A stretch of 64,000 nt of DNA from Armatimonadota bacterium (GTDB taxonomy: Bacteria > Armatimonadota > UBA5829 > DTLH01). The notes below the pieces were generated by a model. The model had not been told where the DNA came from. It saw nothing but the letters and a program-made list of their open reading frames with translations, and searched no databases. Position 1 is the stretch's first letter, and each line of letters starts with the position of its first letter. This document shows, piece by piece, positions 1 to 9,886 of the stretch. A program made the position numbers and the translations under genes. The stretch spans positions 1-64,000 of the forward strand of contig JBBRAE010000001.1 of assembly GCA_038207085.1 (NCBI GenBank). The letters run 5' to 3'.

Positions 1-74
1 GCGCCTATCAGGCACATGGGTGAGAACAGAATACCGACGAATACCACCGCGAATACTGGTATCATACGCCGCAT
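1..74 (-). CDS. N-terminus of a probable exported protein (runs off the window)
   Basis: ATG at 74 gives MRRMIPVFAVVFVGILFSPMCLIGA..., a basic then hydrophobic signal-peptide-like stretch. Confidence 0.55.
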   Translation of the reverse strand, partial: MRRMIPVFAVVFVGILFSPMCLIG

Positions 75-293
75 TGGGAAAGTCACAACAATTGCTCCAT
101 TGGGTGAGATAGGCGAACTATCGGGCCAGACCCTGCTAACAAGCTCATGTAAATACTGACGCAGGGATTACGGATGCATTTACCAGTCAACGCAATCTTT
201 TTTGCGGGCGGCAATCGTTGACCTTACGTGCTCTTGGTATTATACTGGCATCGGGGTGGTGCGCTTTATGGCGGCTCCCCGGAGGACGAAAGG

Positions 294-2126
294 ATGGGTT
301 TAGGAGGCCGATGGGGTGGTGGAGTAGGGCCGAGGCGGCCGCAGGACTTTAGGGCAGCGCTTCGCAAAAGCATGATCTGGGCACGGCCTATTTTGCCGAT
401 CATGGTCTTCGGCCTCGTCTGCACGCTCATCGGCGTGTTCCTCGCCCAACAGCCCCCAAGAATAATGGCCTATACTCTGGATCACGTCATCGCGGGGTCC
501 AAGTATAGCCTGCTGTGGCGTGTGATCGGTCTTTATCTCGTGGTCGTGTTGCTCTCGCAAATTATAAGCTCTGCCAGCAACTACTGGATGAACGTAGCCG
601 GTCAGAGGTTGCTTCACAGTCTTAGAATGTCGGTCTACGATCACTTCCAGAAGCTCCCTCTTGCCTATTATGACGACAAGCGCACCGGCGACCTTGTGTC
701 CCGCGTCACCGGGGACGTAAGCCAGCTTGAGGGGTTGGTCGTCAACACGTCGAACTCGCTTGTGCGCCAGGTGTTCGGTGTCGCGTTCGCTCTCTACTAT
801 ATGATGACCTACAACTGGCAGCTGGCTCTGCTTGTGCTGATTCCCGTGCCGATCCTCGGTTTCAGCCTCTACTTCTTCACGCGGCGGGTGCGTTTGGTCT
901 ATCGCTCGATTCGAGATTCGATGGGGGACCTGAGCGGCAAGCTGATGGAGAACCTGTCCGGGATTCGGGTGATCAAGGCGTTTAACCGCGAGGAACACGA
1001 GCGGGCGACGGTTGACACGACGAGTGTAACGCTTCGAGACGACAACATCAAGGCTTCTCGTATGACTTCGGTGTTCTATCCCGCTATGCAGACTCTAACG
1101 GCGCTCGGGACGATCGCAGTGCTCGGCGGCGGATCGTATCTGATTATGCAGAACCAGTTCACCATCGGCAAGTTAGTTGCGTTTTTGATCTACGTTTCGA
1201 ACTTCTATCAGCCTGTCGGTGAGTTTATTCGCACATTCGACTTTGTGCAGCGAGCGCTTGCTGCCGGTGAGAGAATATTTGAGGTGCTTGACACGGAGCC
1301 GGGGATCAAAGACCCCATCGAGCCCGTCTCGCTTGGTGAAGTCCGGGGTGAAGTCGAGTTTAATCACGTGTTCTTCAGCTATGCGACCGGGGAGGAAGTG
1401 CTCCACGACGTAAGTGTTCGTGCGGACCCCGGGCAGAGAGTTGCGCTTGTTGGACAAAGCGGCGCTGGCAAGTCTAGCTTTATTAATCTCATACCACGGT
1501 TCTATGACGCAACAAGCGGCGAGGTGCTGGTAGATGGCGTTGACGTGCGAAATGTGCGCCAGAGTGAGCTTCGAAGCCACATTGCCCTGGTTCTCCAAGA
1601 GACGTTTCTCTTCAACGGCTCCGTTCGTGATAACCTCTTGTTTGGTCGCCCCGGGGCTACGGATGAAGAAGTCTTCGCTGCTGCAAAGGTGGCAAACGCC
1701 GACGAGTTCATCGAACGCCTTGAAAGCGGCTACGACACGGAGATCGGGGAGCGTGGAGTGAAGCTCTCCGGTGGTCAGAAACAAAGAATCGCCATCGCCC
1801 GCGCCGTCCTCGCCGACCCGCGCATACTGATACTCGACGAAGCGACCTCTTCAGTGGACTCCGAATCGGAATTCTTGATCCACCAGGCGCTTGACAGGCT
1901 TATGGTTGGCCGCACGACGTTTATAATCGCCCACCGTCTAAGCACAGTGCGAAATGCCGACTCAATTCTTGTTCTTGAAGGTGGGAGCATCGTCGAGCAG
2001 GGTGACCACGGCAGGCTGATAGATGCCGACGGCCGTTACGCCAGAATGTACCAGCAGCAGTTTTGGCTGGATGAAGAGCGTCCTGCTGAAGAAGGCATAG
2101 ACTTCGACCCCATCTCTCAGGGCTGA
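294..2126 (+). CDS. ABC exporter, fused permease/ATPase (MsbA/Sav1866-like)
   Basis: TM domain, Walker A GQSGAGKS, LSGGQ signature, ILILDE; GGAGG RBS supports ATG 294 rather than GTG 228. Confidence 0.95.
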   Translation: MGLGGRWGGGVGPRRPQDFRAALRKSMIWARPILPIMVFGLVCTLIGVFLAQQPPRIMAYTLDHVIAGSKYSLLWRVIGLYLVVVLLSQIISSASNYWMNVAGQRLLHSLRMSVYDHFQKLPLAYYDDKRTGDLVSRVTGDVSQLEGLVVNTSNSLVRQVFGVAFALYYMMTYNWQLALLVLIPVPILGFSLYFFTRRVRLVYRSIRDSMGDLSGKLMENLSGIRVIKAFNREEHERATVDTTSVTLRDDNIKASRMTSVFYPAMQTLTALGTIAVLGGGSYLIMQNQFTIGKLVAFLIYVSNFYQPVGEFIRTFDFVQRALAAGERIFEVLDTEPGIKDPIEPVSLGEVRGEVEFNHVFFSYATGEEVLHDVSVRADPGQRVALVGQSGAGKSSFINLIPRFYDATSGEVLVDGVDVRNVRQSELRSHIALVLQETFLFNGSVRDNLLFGRPGATDEEVFAAAKVANADEFIERLESGYDTEIGERGVKLSGGQKQRIAIARAVLADPRILILDEATSSVDSESEFLIHQALDRLMVGRTTFIIAHRLSTVRNADSILVLEGGSIVEQGDHGRLIDADGRYARMYQQQFWLDEERPAEEGIDFDPISQG

Positions 2127-2245
2127 AATGCCCACAAAATGTCTGTCAGGCAAAGTGATGAGTTTGGTTCTTGCTGTTCTTGCGTACACTACAATATGAT
2201 TGGTTGTAACAGACTGAAGTGTACACCCATTGAATGGAGTTCGAT

Positions 2246-4441
2246 ATGTCTTCGGATATGAATAAAGCTGACGAAATGCATAGGGAGCGTGAGGCCCTGC
2301 GCTCTCAGGCCATGGGCAGGAGCGTGATGCTCTTTGTCACCCTCGCAAGCATCGGGGATGCCGTTATGACGACGGATAGCGAGGGTGTTATAACGTTCGT
2401 TAACCCGATGGCTGAAGCGCTTACCGGGTGGAGTCTCGCAGACGCAGTCGGCACAGAGGTTGAAGAGGTCATCAAACTGATCGACGAGGCGACAGGTGAA
2501 CCACTGCCAAACCCGATCAGGGAGGCCTTAAGGACGCTTTCAAAGGTCGAACTTCCGCCCGACTCGGTCTTGATCCGCAAAGATGGCGTTCACATCCCAA
2601 TTGACGACAGTGGCGCGCCGATCCTTGGAGGCGCTGATGAGCTCCTCGGTGCGATTCTGGTTTTTCGTGACATAACGGATCGCAAGAGAGCCGAGAGGGT
2701 GATCAAGTTTCGCTCCGAGCTAGATCGTATGGCTGCTCGGATATCTACAGCGTTTATAACGTCTCCCGTCACCGAAGTTGACGCAAGGGTCGATGAAGCG
2801 CTTGACAGTACGGGCAACTTCTTTGGGGCAGATCGAGCCTACGTGTTTCTTTACGATCAGACCGACACAGAGATGACCTGCACGCACGAATGGAGGTCAG
2901 ACGGGGTGGTGGCGCTTCGCGGGAATACTGTGCCTACGGCCATCGTGCCGTACTGGACTGAGCTCATCTCGCAGCGCCATTATGTCCGGGTGAGCAGCAT
3001 CGAAGATATCCCGAAGCACGCGAAGCAAGAACGAGCGCTCTGGGGGCTGAGGGAGCGGGAGTCGTTTGTAGCTGTTCCTATGTCCCAGGAGGATCGGGTG
3101 ATCGGATTTATCGGTTTGGATGCCATCCACGAGCCAAAACCGTGGCCCGAAGAGACGATTAATATGTTATACTTGCTGGGCAACGTCTTTGCAAGTGCGA
3201 TGGGACGTCGTGACGCGCTTACGAAGCTTGAAGCTGCACGGGCTCGGGAAGTTGAGATCGGTTCGAGGATCCAGCAGTCGCTGTTGTTGAGCACTCCGCC
3301 GCTGGCATCGGGGGACTTTCTGATATCAGCTCTGACTATCCCGTCCAGAGGCATTGACGGCGACTTTTACGATTTTTTGCTGCACCCTGACAGGAGCCTG
3401 GACATAATTTTCGGCGATGTTATGGGTAAAGGCGTGCCCGCTGCGCTTCTTTCGGCAGGCGCAAAGACCGAGTTCCTTCGGAGCCTGTCGCATCTGCTTG
3501 TAAGCAGCGCACGGGGACGGATCCCTCAGCCGGAGGACATCGTAAATGGTGTTCACAGCGTGCTGACGCCGCAGTTGCTCAGTCTGGACTCGTTCGTCAC
3601 GCTGACATATGCTCGGTTCGACCCGCAGGCCAGGAAGGTGTCACTTGTCGACTGCGGCAACACGCGCTTGATTCGCTGTTCTCGGGATACCGGCAAGCTT
3701 GAACACCTTTCGGGGCTCAACCTGCCGCTTGGCTTTGACTCGCTCGAAATCTATTCGCAGGTAACGTTCGACTTTTCCCCGGGCGATTTGTTTGTGCTCT
3801 ACAGCGATGGTGTCACCGAGGCCCGCAATGCCAGTGGGGGAATGTTTGGCCGTGAGCGTCTCGAAGAAGTCATCTTACGAATCAGTGAGTTTGACCCAGA
3901 GGCGTTTGTAAACGCGGTGCGTGACGCGGTGACGGAGTTTGTCGGTTCGGAGAGTCTGAGCGACGACCTCACCTGCGTTGCCATCAGGGTGGTGCCCGAA
4001 GCGCCTGAGACGGTCAAGACCGAGGCGGATGTTGTCGTTATCAGGAGCAGTCTGGATCATCTTGGCGCTGTCAGGTCGTTCCTGCGAGGGTTCTGTGTTG
4101 CACGCAGCAGTTGCGGCTTGACGGACCATGAGCTAAACCTGGTAGAATTAGCTGTTAACGAAGTGGCAAGCAACATTATGCGCCACGCATATCACGGTGA
4201 CCCGACCCGGACTATAAGTATTCGAATCGCCAAGGATGATTCGACGGTAAGGATACGCTTGACCCATAGTGGTGACCCGTTTGCCGCGCCCGGCAAGGTG
4301 CCCGTTCCACGTGTCGGAGGCCCGAGAGAAGGTGGCTTCGGCCTGTTTATCATAAGCCAGGCAGTCGACAAGGTGGACTATGGTCAGGACGACGAGGGCA
4401 ACCAGTATATTGAGCTCACAAAGAGTTGTGGCCTTGGGTAA
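2246..4441 (+). CDS. PAS-GAF-PP2C(SpoIIE) phosphatase fused to a C-terminal RsbW-type HATPase domain
   Basis: PAS (SIGDAVMTTD...VFRDITDRK), GAF, PP2C motifs GDFYD/GDVMGKG/YSDGVTE/DDLT, C-terminal ELAVNEVASNIMRHA...GGFGLFII; alternative start 2234. Confidence 0.9.
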   Translation: MSSDMNKADEMHREREALRSQAMGRSVMLFVTLASIGDAVMTTDSEGVITFVNPMAEALTGWSLADAVGTEVEEVIKLIDEATGEPLPNPIREALRTLSKVELPPDSVLIRKDGVHIPIDDSGAPILGGADELLGAILVFRDITDRKRAERVIKFRSELDRMAARISTAFITSPVTEVDARVDEALDSTGNFFGADRAYVFLYDQTDTEMTCTHEWRSDGVVALRGNTVPTAIVPYWTELISQRHYVRVSSIEDIPKHAKQERALWGLRERESFVAVPMSQEDRVIGFIGLDAIHEPKPWPEETINMLYLLGNVFASAMGRRDALTKLEAARAREVEIGSRIQQSLLLSTPPLASGDFLISALTIPSRGIDGDFYDFLLHPDRSLDIIFGDVMGKGVPAALLSAGAKTEFLRSLSHLLVSSARGRIPQPEDIVNGVHSVLTPQLLSLDSFVTLTYARFDPQARKVSLVDCGNTRLIRCSRDTGKLEHLSGLNLPLGFDSLEIYSQVTFDFSPGDLFVLYSDGVTEARNASGGMFGRERLEEVILRISEFDPEAFVNAVRDAVTEFVGSESLSDDLTCVAIRVVPEAPETVKTEADVVVIRSSLDHLGAVRSFLRGFCVARSSCGLTDHELNLVELAVNEVASNIMRHAYHGDPTRTISIRIAKDDSTVRIRLTHSGDPFAAPGKVPVPRVGGPREGGFGLFIISQAVDKVDYGQDDEGNQYIELTKSCGLG

Positions 4442-4501
4442 TTCATGCTTGATTAGATTTTGTTGCCGAATATATAAAAAACATTTGCAAGGAGAGTGAT
4501 T

Positions 4502-4840
4502 ATGCAGTTTCATACGGAAACAGTGAATGAGGTCCTGGTGGTGGAAACACCCGCCATAGACCTGGATGCGAGCAACGCGGATGACTTCAAGCGTCAGGCA
4601 GCGACGATAGTCGACGGCCACCGAAGGGTCGTTATGGATATGAGCAATGTCGGCTTTATGGACAGCGCCGGGCTCGGTGCAGTGCTTGGCGTGTTCAAGA
4701 AAGTAAGAGCTGAGGGTGGTCAGTTTCGTGTATTCGGACTGAGCGCCGAGGTCAAGGCGCTATTCGACCTGGTTCGCATACAGAGGCTTTTCGACGTATG
4801 CGAGGACCGGGAGTCCGCGGTCCTCGCATCGTCTGTATAG
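4502..4840 (+). CDS. STAS anti-sigma-factor antagonist (RsbV/SpoIIAA-like)
   Basis: DLDASNA...DMSNVGFMDSAGLG with the canonical phosphoacceptor Ser. Confidence 0.93.
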   Translation: MQFHTETVNEVLVVETPAIDLDASNADDFKRQAATIVDGHRRVVMDMSNVGFMDSAGLGAVLGVFKKVRAEGGQFRVFGLSAEVKALFDLVRIQRLFDVCEDRESAVLASSV

Positions 4841-4846
4841 AGGTAA

Positions 4847-5794
4847 TTATCTGACGTCGCGGTCAAACAGGCACTTGTCGACTATATCGGTGACGCGCGT
4901 TGTGCCTACGCAGATGTGGGTGTCGGCCGCGCCGTAGTATAGCTTGAGTTCACCGTCGTCCTCAAGTACAGCTCCGCAGGCGAAAACCACGTTACCCACG
5001 TCACCGACGCGTTCGTACATTTCTCTTGGGCTCAGGATGGGCACCGCGCTTCTGGCGATTACCAGAGCGGGGTTCTCAAGGTCGAGAAGCACCGCTCCCA
5101 TCCTGTAGATAGGCCCAAAGCTAGTGTTCTTCACCCCGTGGTAAATCTCCAGCCAGCCGTAATCGAGTTCGATCGGGGGCGTGCCTGCGCCTATTCGGTC
5201 GGTGTCCCAGTATCCCGGTCTCGGGGTCATAACGACTTCAGAGTCATACCAGGCGATCAAGTCATCTGAGTATGAGACCCAGATAGCGCCATAGCTCCCA
5301 CTGTATGGCCTATCGAGCCGGGCATAACGGCCGTTGATCTTCTTTGGGAAGAGTGCGCCGTTCTTGTTATCCGGTTGGGATATGAGCGCGATCCTATCGA
5401 AGTGTTCGAAATCAATCGTTTTGGCGAGCGCGAGGCGCGCGCCGTGCTTGGAATAGGCCGTGTACATTATGTAGTAGACGCCGTCCTCTTCCATATAGGT
5501 AATCCTGGGGTCTTCTATTCCCAGTTCCTCGTATGTTCTGAACGGCTCTTCAGTTGACGGCTTCATCGCAATATTTGGATCGACTGTAAACGAGAACCCG
5601 TCAAGACTCCGCGCAAGCGCAAAAACAGAACGCCCGGCAAGGTTTTCCACCCTGAGCAGCAAGATATACTCATCACCGAATTTCACACTTGCGGTGTTGA
5701 ACACGGTGTTGCAGGGAAACGGCAGTCCTTCCAGAGTCAGGATAGGATTGCCGGCATATCGTTCGACAACATTTCTTCCAGAGACATATGGCAT
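4847..5794 (-). CDS. GH130 family beta-mannoside phosphorylase/glycosidase
   Basis: NPIL, VFNTA, GIEDPRI, NKNGALFP, WLEIYHGV, NVVFACG, YYGAAD motifs. Confidence 0.9.
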   Translation of the reverse strand: MPYVSGRNVVERYAGNPILTLEGLPFPCNTVFNTASVKFGDEYILLLRVENLAGRSVFALARSLDGFSFTVDPNIAMKPSTEEPFRTYEELGIEDPRITYMEEDGVYYIMYTAYSKHGARLALAKTIDFEHFDRIALISQPDNKNGALFPKKINGRYARLDRPYSGSYGAIWVSYSDDLIAWYDSEVVMTPRPGYWDTDRIGAGTPPIELDYGWLEIYHGVKNTSFGPIYRMGAVLLDLENPALVIARSAVPILSPREMYERVGDVGNVVFACGAVLEDDGELKLYYGAADTHICVGTTRVTDIVDKCLFDRDVR

Positions 5795-5811
5795 ATTTGT
5801 TCACCCCAGCC

Positions 5812-5832
5812 AGTTATACCCAATGTATAACT
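5812..5832. promoter_or_regulatory. Perfect dyad AGTTATAC-N5-GTATAACT, candidate repressor operator for the GH130 gene
   Basis: 8-bp perfect inverted repeat 18 nt upstream of the start codon. Confidence 0.5.
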
Positions 5833-6090
5833 ATTCGCTAGCACTCTACGATAAAATTGCTGATCCAACATTCTACCACATCATACGTCGATTGCGTCTC
5901 ATTTGGTTGCAAATCCAGCGCGAGTTCTACCGCATAGTGAGCAAGGTCTACCTCGCAACGTGCTCCGAAGGCACGACAGCGCCATCGAGATAGACCTAAG
6001 AGAAAGAAAAGACACCGAGAGACAATCAATCATCAACAAAGCGCCGGATTGGTAGGCTAATCTGTGGCTTCAGGTCTCCCAGCATATCTT

Positions 6091-6582
6091 CTACATTAGG
6101 TCCAGTTGCCCGCCGCCACTCGGTTTCGATGATTTGGCATCTTCATCGTCGAACTTGATCGATGCCGGTTGCTTGTGGTCGGCTTTTCGGTGCGCTGCCT
6201 CGCTGGCGAGCTTGTCAGCGTGCGTGTTCTCATTTCTGTAGACGTGCCCGATCTTGGCGTCGGCGAACTTTATGAGTAGCGACCGAGCGGCACTGAAAAG
6301 CTCGATGAGATGAGGGGCTTTCACCTTGTAAACGCCGGTGATCTGGCGCGCGAGAAGCTCGCTGTCAGTCTGAATGACGATGGACTTTGCGCCAAGCTTG
6401 AGCGACTCCTCAAGCCCCCTGATCAGCGCTGTGTACTCGGCTACGTTGTTTGTGGTGTGACCGATATACTCACCGACCTCACGAATTACATTGTCGTTCT
6501 CGTCATATATCACAACACCAATGCCCGCAGGGCCGGGGTTGCCTCGGGCCGCGCCGTCGATCGCCATCTTTACGCTTGTCAC
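6091..6582 (-). CDS. rnhA: Ribonuclease HI (archaeal/actinobacterial-like) with a C-terminal tail
   Basis: DGAARGNPGPAG, TNNVAEY, DSEL, HVYRNENTHADKLA. Confidence 0.92.
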   Translation of the reverse strand: MTSVKMAIDGAARGNPGPAGIGVVIYDENDNVIREVGEYIGHTTNNVAEYTALIRGLEESLKLGAKSIVIQTDSELLARQITGVYKVKAPHLIELFSAARSLLIKFADAKIGHVYRNENTHADKLASEAAHRKADHKQPASIKFDDEDAKSSKPSGGGQLDLM

Positions 6583-6631
6583 TAATAGAATCTCCAGTCA
6601 GTATTAAAATAGCATCTATTGGGGAAGAGTC

Positions 6632-7342
6632 TCAGATGCCGCCGAAGAGTATTCTTCCGCAGCTTTCACAGTTCTGGTATTCCTCGTCAGCCTGAACTCG
6701 CCGGATCAGGAATGGTGTGATCGCCACATGGCAGCCGCCGCATCGCCCGTCGAGAATGTGGGCGAGCCCCGTGTCTTTGTGGCGGACGCGAATCGCTTCG
6801 TAACGCGAGAGCATCTGCTTGTCGGTGACACCCGCGATCGCTTCCTGTCGAGAAATATCGAGCTCAGCAAGCTTTGCGTTCAGTTCGCTCGACTTAGCAT
6901 GAAACTCGGCAGTGTGCTTTGCGAGCCGAGACTTGAGCACCACGTCGATCTTATCGATCTGAGCCTTATCAGTCTGAAGCTTCTCAAGGAAATCGTAGAG
7001 TTCAAGGATTCTTTGGTCGAGCTCGGAGCGCTTGCGGCCAATCATTTCGATCTCTTTTTCGACACTGGCCAGCTCCTTGGGGTTTGTCACCTGACCCTTG
7101 TAGAGCTTGCTTTCGAAGTTCTGCTTCTTGACCTCAGTGGTCTTCAGGCTGAGCTCGTTGTCGCGAAGCTCCAACTCGGCCGCGCGAAGCTGTTCGCCAA
7201 GTCGCGCGAGCTTCTTGTCAGCAAGGGCGCACTGAGCCTTCAGTTCCGTGCCGGGGTCGAGAGCCGCAAGTTCACGGTTGACTTGCGCGATGGCAATGTC
7301 CACCTGCTGCAGCACATTTAGAGCCTTAAGTTGTTCACTCAT
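6632..7342 (-). CDS. Coiled-coil protein with C4-type zinc ribbon (DUF164/CT398-like)
   Basis: LQQVD N-terminus, long coiled coil, CGGC...CESCGRIL; typical rnhA neighbour. Confidence 0.9.
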   Translation of the reverse strand: MSEQLKALNVLQQVDIAIAQVNRELAALDPGTELKAQCALADKKLARLGEQLRAAELELRDNELSLKTTEVKKQNFESKLYKGQVTNPKELASVEKEIEMIGRKRSELDQRILELYDFLEKLQTDKAQIDKIDVVLKSRLAKHTAEFHAKSSELNAKLAELDISRQEAIAGVTDKQMLSRYEAIRVRHKDTGLAHILDGRCGGCHVAITPFLIRRVQADEEYQNCESCGRILFGGI

Positions 7343-7363
7343 AAGATTCCGGCTCCTTCCAAA

Positions 7364-7488
7364 GTCGTCACTAGTGTAGGATTGGCCTGAACCTGGTAGA
7401 TTTCACACATCTATCAACGAGGCCTCGCACGCTGAAACACCTGCTGCGGTATACTCGCATGATGAAGTTAAGCGTGCACTGGGACGGC
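7364..7488 (-). ncRNA. Candidate structured RNA, 6S(SsrS)-like rod with a central bubble, or structured leader
   Basis: 5' GCCGUCCCAGUGCA pairs with 3' UACACUAGUGACGAC; CUUAACUU pairs with AGGUUCAG; small hairpin in the 3' bubble; 5' end coincides with the predicted TSS. Confidence 0.5.
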
Positions 7489-7494
7489 ATTGCA

Positions 7495-7523
7495 ATTCTA
7501 GCAGCAAATGGGAACGGAATCAA
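7495..7523 (-). promoter_or_regulatory. Sigma70-type promoter TTGATT-N17-TAGAAT (TGn extended -10)
   Basis: Direct motif match; TSS about 7488. Confidence 0.7.
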
Positions 7524-7537
7524 GAACGAATCGCAGG

Positions 7538-7936
7538 TTAATCGGTGTGAAGTCGCTTGATGAGGGTGACCTTGCAGCCGTGTGAGCAGTCGATATCCAC
7601 CTCGTCCATAAATGCGAACATCATAGGTATGCCGCGTCCGCGAGGTGATGACACAGGTGGCATGGTGATTTGGCAGGGGTAGGGGAAGCCGATGCCGTTG
7701 TCATAGACTACAGCCTCAATGCGATCCGGGAGTATCCTGATGTTGAGCGCAGCAGTGTCGGCTCCAGTTGTGCGACCGTGGGTGAGCGCGTTCGCGCATG
7801 CCTCAAAGACCGCAGAGACGATCGCTCCCGCATCTTCTGGAGTAAAGCCGATGCGTCCGGCAGCGTCGGCGACGATTTCTCGTGTCAATTGCAGATCATC
7901 TAAGTGTGAAAGTCTAATTGTAAACTCCTCGGTCAT
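7538..7936 (-). CDS. Stand-alone RsbW/SpoIIAB-type anti-sigma Ser/Thr kinase
   Basis: EACANALTHG N-box, DNGIGF G1, GRGIPMM G2. Confidence 0.88.
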   Translation of the reverse strand: MTEEFTIRLSHLDDLQLTREIVADAAGRIGFTPEDAGAIVSAVFEACANALTHGRTTGADTAALNIRILPDRIEAVVYDNGIGFPYPCQITMPPVSSPRGRGIPMMFAFMDEVDIDCSHGCKVTLIKRLHTD

Positions 7937-8168
7937 TGCCTTTGCCTCAACAGCACTCTCTGTGGCCGAATGTGCAAGCCTGTCCTATTAATTATGACGT
8001 CGTGAACAACTCTACTGTTTCCATTCTATTGCAAAGAATGCGCATATTTCTTTTGTGTCAGCCGCCACCAGTTATTATGGCAACATTCTCGGAAATATTT
8101 AGCCCTGACATTCACAAAACCGTCTTGAAGATACCTTGACTGTTTGAAATCTGTGTAACGGCCGCGGT

Positions 8169-8204
8169 AAAAGAAAAGCAGCCTGGAGAGCTTACCAGGC
8201 TGCT
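8169..8204 (-). terminator. Intrinsic terminator after surE-thuA
   Basis: AGCAGCCTGG/CCAGGCTGCT stem followed by a U-tract on the minus strand. Confidence 0.8.
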
Positions 8205-8232
8205 GTGTATCTGATTAAGTTGGATTAGTGAA

Positions 8233-8967
8233 TTAACCAAGCGGCTCGATAGGCTTTGCGTTCCCGCATACATACTTCGGCCCGCGAGGGGCAGCCGCCC
8301 AGCGAACGCCGTTTGCGATGACCTTCATCACGTTCTCGTTGTAGTAGATCGGATACGTCTCGTGACCCGGCCTGAAGTAGAATATCTTGCCTCGTCCACG
8401 GTGCCAGCAGCAGCCGCTTCGGAACACTTCGCCGCCTTCGAACCAGCTGATGAATACCTGCTCATCAGGCTGGGGTATACCGAACGGCTCGCCGTACATT
8501 TCGGTCTGTGGGAGCTCGAAATACTCAGGAAGTCCATCGGCAATGGGGTGAGCGTAGTCAACCAGCCAGAGCCGCTCTTTCTCCCCGGCTTCCCGCCACT
8601 TGAGGTCGCAGCTGGTGCCCATGAGCTTCTTGAATATCTTGGAGAAATGCCCGGAGTGCAGGACGATCAGCCCCATACCGTCGTCGATAATTCTCTTATG
8701 GACGCGTTCGACCACTTCGTCGCTCACCTCGTTATGGGCCATATGGCCCCACCAGGTAAGAACATCCGTGTTTGCAAGCACTTCCTCAGTGAGTCCGTGC
8801 TCGGGGTCGTCGAGAGTTGCTGTTTGTGCGATTATGCCGTCCTGATTGTTGAGATAATCGGCGATAACGGTGTGCATCCCGTTCGGGTAGACCTTGATAG
8901 GCTCCTTGTCCGGGTTCTTCTCGTGCCGAAACTCGTTCCACACTGTCACATTAATGCTGTTACTCAA
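8233..8967 (-). CDS. thuA: ThuA-family (trehalose utilisation) protein
   Basis: [34 protein letters not shown]. Confidence 0.9.
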   Translation of the reverse strand: MSNSINVTVWNEFRHEKNPDKEPIKVYPNGMHTVIADYLNNQDGIIAQTATLDDPEHGLTEEVLANTDVLTWWGHMAHNEVSDEVVERVHKRIIDDGMGLIVLHSGHFSKIFKKLMGTSCDLKWREAGEKERLWLVDYAHPIADGLPEYFELPQTEMYGEPFGIPQPDEQVFISWFEGGEVFRSGCCWHRGRGKIFYFRPGHETYPIYYNENVMKVIANGVRWAAAPRGPKYVCGNAKPIEPLG

Positions 8968-9752
8968 TCTGTTCCTCCATTAGCGTAATGAAAATCGTTG
9001 ACATTCCAAGACTGTACCACCTCGAGTGCGGCGTAGCCGGTGAGATCGAGATGGACGGGTGTAACGGATACTTTGTCGTCCGCGATCGCTTTTACGTCGG
9101 TTCCTTCGTCGAGCTCATCCTGCGGCAGGTCTCCTCCGAGCCAGTAATATGTGCGTCCCATTGGGTCGAGTCGCTTTTCGATCCTGCCGGAGTAGTGCCT
9201 TTCTCCCTGCCTTGTGACTTCGATGCCTTGAATCTGCTCTGCAGGCACTCCAGGAACGTTTACATTCAAAAGTGTGTTCGGCGGAAGCTTCTTCTCAAGG
9301 AGCTTGCGTCCAAGAAACGCAGCAAAATTGGCCGCGTAGTCGTAGCTTACTTCATCTTCGTGGGACGCAACCGATATCGCAAACGAACGAACGCCCATCA
9401 CGATACCTTCCATCGCGGCAGACACGGTGCCGGAATATGTGAGGTCCCAGCCGAGGTTGGGGCCACGGTTAATCCCCGAGACAACCAGGTCGACCGGCCC
9501 TCCGGCGATATCGAGAATGCCCAGGGATATGCAGTCCGACGGTGTGCCGTTGGATGCGTAGGCGATGCTTCCGTCTCGCATTCGCACTTTTTCAACCCTG
9601 AGTGGCTTATGAAGTGTGATCGAGTGCCCTGAGGCGCTTCTCGGCCTGTCGGGCGCTACGACCACAACGTCGCCCACTTCCTGCATAGCAGTCTTCAGCG
9701 CAAGAATCCCCTCCGAGTAAACTCCGTCGTCGTTGGTGATGAGAATAGTCAT
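8964..9752 (-). CDS. surE: 5'/3'-nucleotidase SurE
   Basis: [32 protein letters not shown]. Confidence 0.96.
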   Translation of the reverse strand: MTILITNDDGVYSEGILALKTAMQEVGDVVVVAPDRPRSASGHSITLHKPLRVEKVRMRDGSIAYASNGTPSDCISLGILDIAGGPVDLVVSGINRGPNLGWDLTYSGTVSAAMEGIVMGVRSFAISVASHEDEVSYDYAANFAAFLGRKLLEKKLPPNTLLNVNVPGVPAEQIQGIEVTRQGERHYSGRIEKRLDPMGRTYYWLGGDLPQDELDEGTDVKAIADDKVSVTPVHLDLTGYAALEVVQSWNVNDFHYANGGTD

Positions 9753-9834
9753 AATGCCTCAATAGTCTGTGTTTTCGTCAGAGAATACTTATGCGTGGAG
9801 CGGTGGTTTTCCTTTTCAGAAACAAATAGACGTG

Positions 9835-9861
9835 AAAAAGGGACGGACAAGTGTCCGTCCC
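9835..9861 (-). terminator. Intrinsic terminator after the membrane-protein gene
   Basis: GGGACGGACA/TGTCCGTCCC stem plus TTTTT on the minus strand. Confidence 0.75.
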
Positions 9862-9886
9862 AGTGAGACTTGACTATACTTATGGG

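Noticed and set aside
5833..6090. RNase P RNA (often near zinc-ribbon/rnhA genes) or a small CDS
   Set aside because: No GAGGAAAGUCC motif on either strand; the short ORFs have no RBS or recognisable motif.
8233..8967. ThuA plus Gfo/Idh/MocA ketoglycoside pathway cluster
   Set aside because: The oxidoreductase is 38 kb away and there is no linkage evidence in the sequence.
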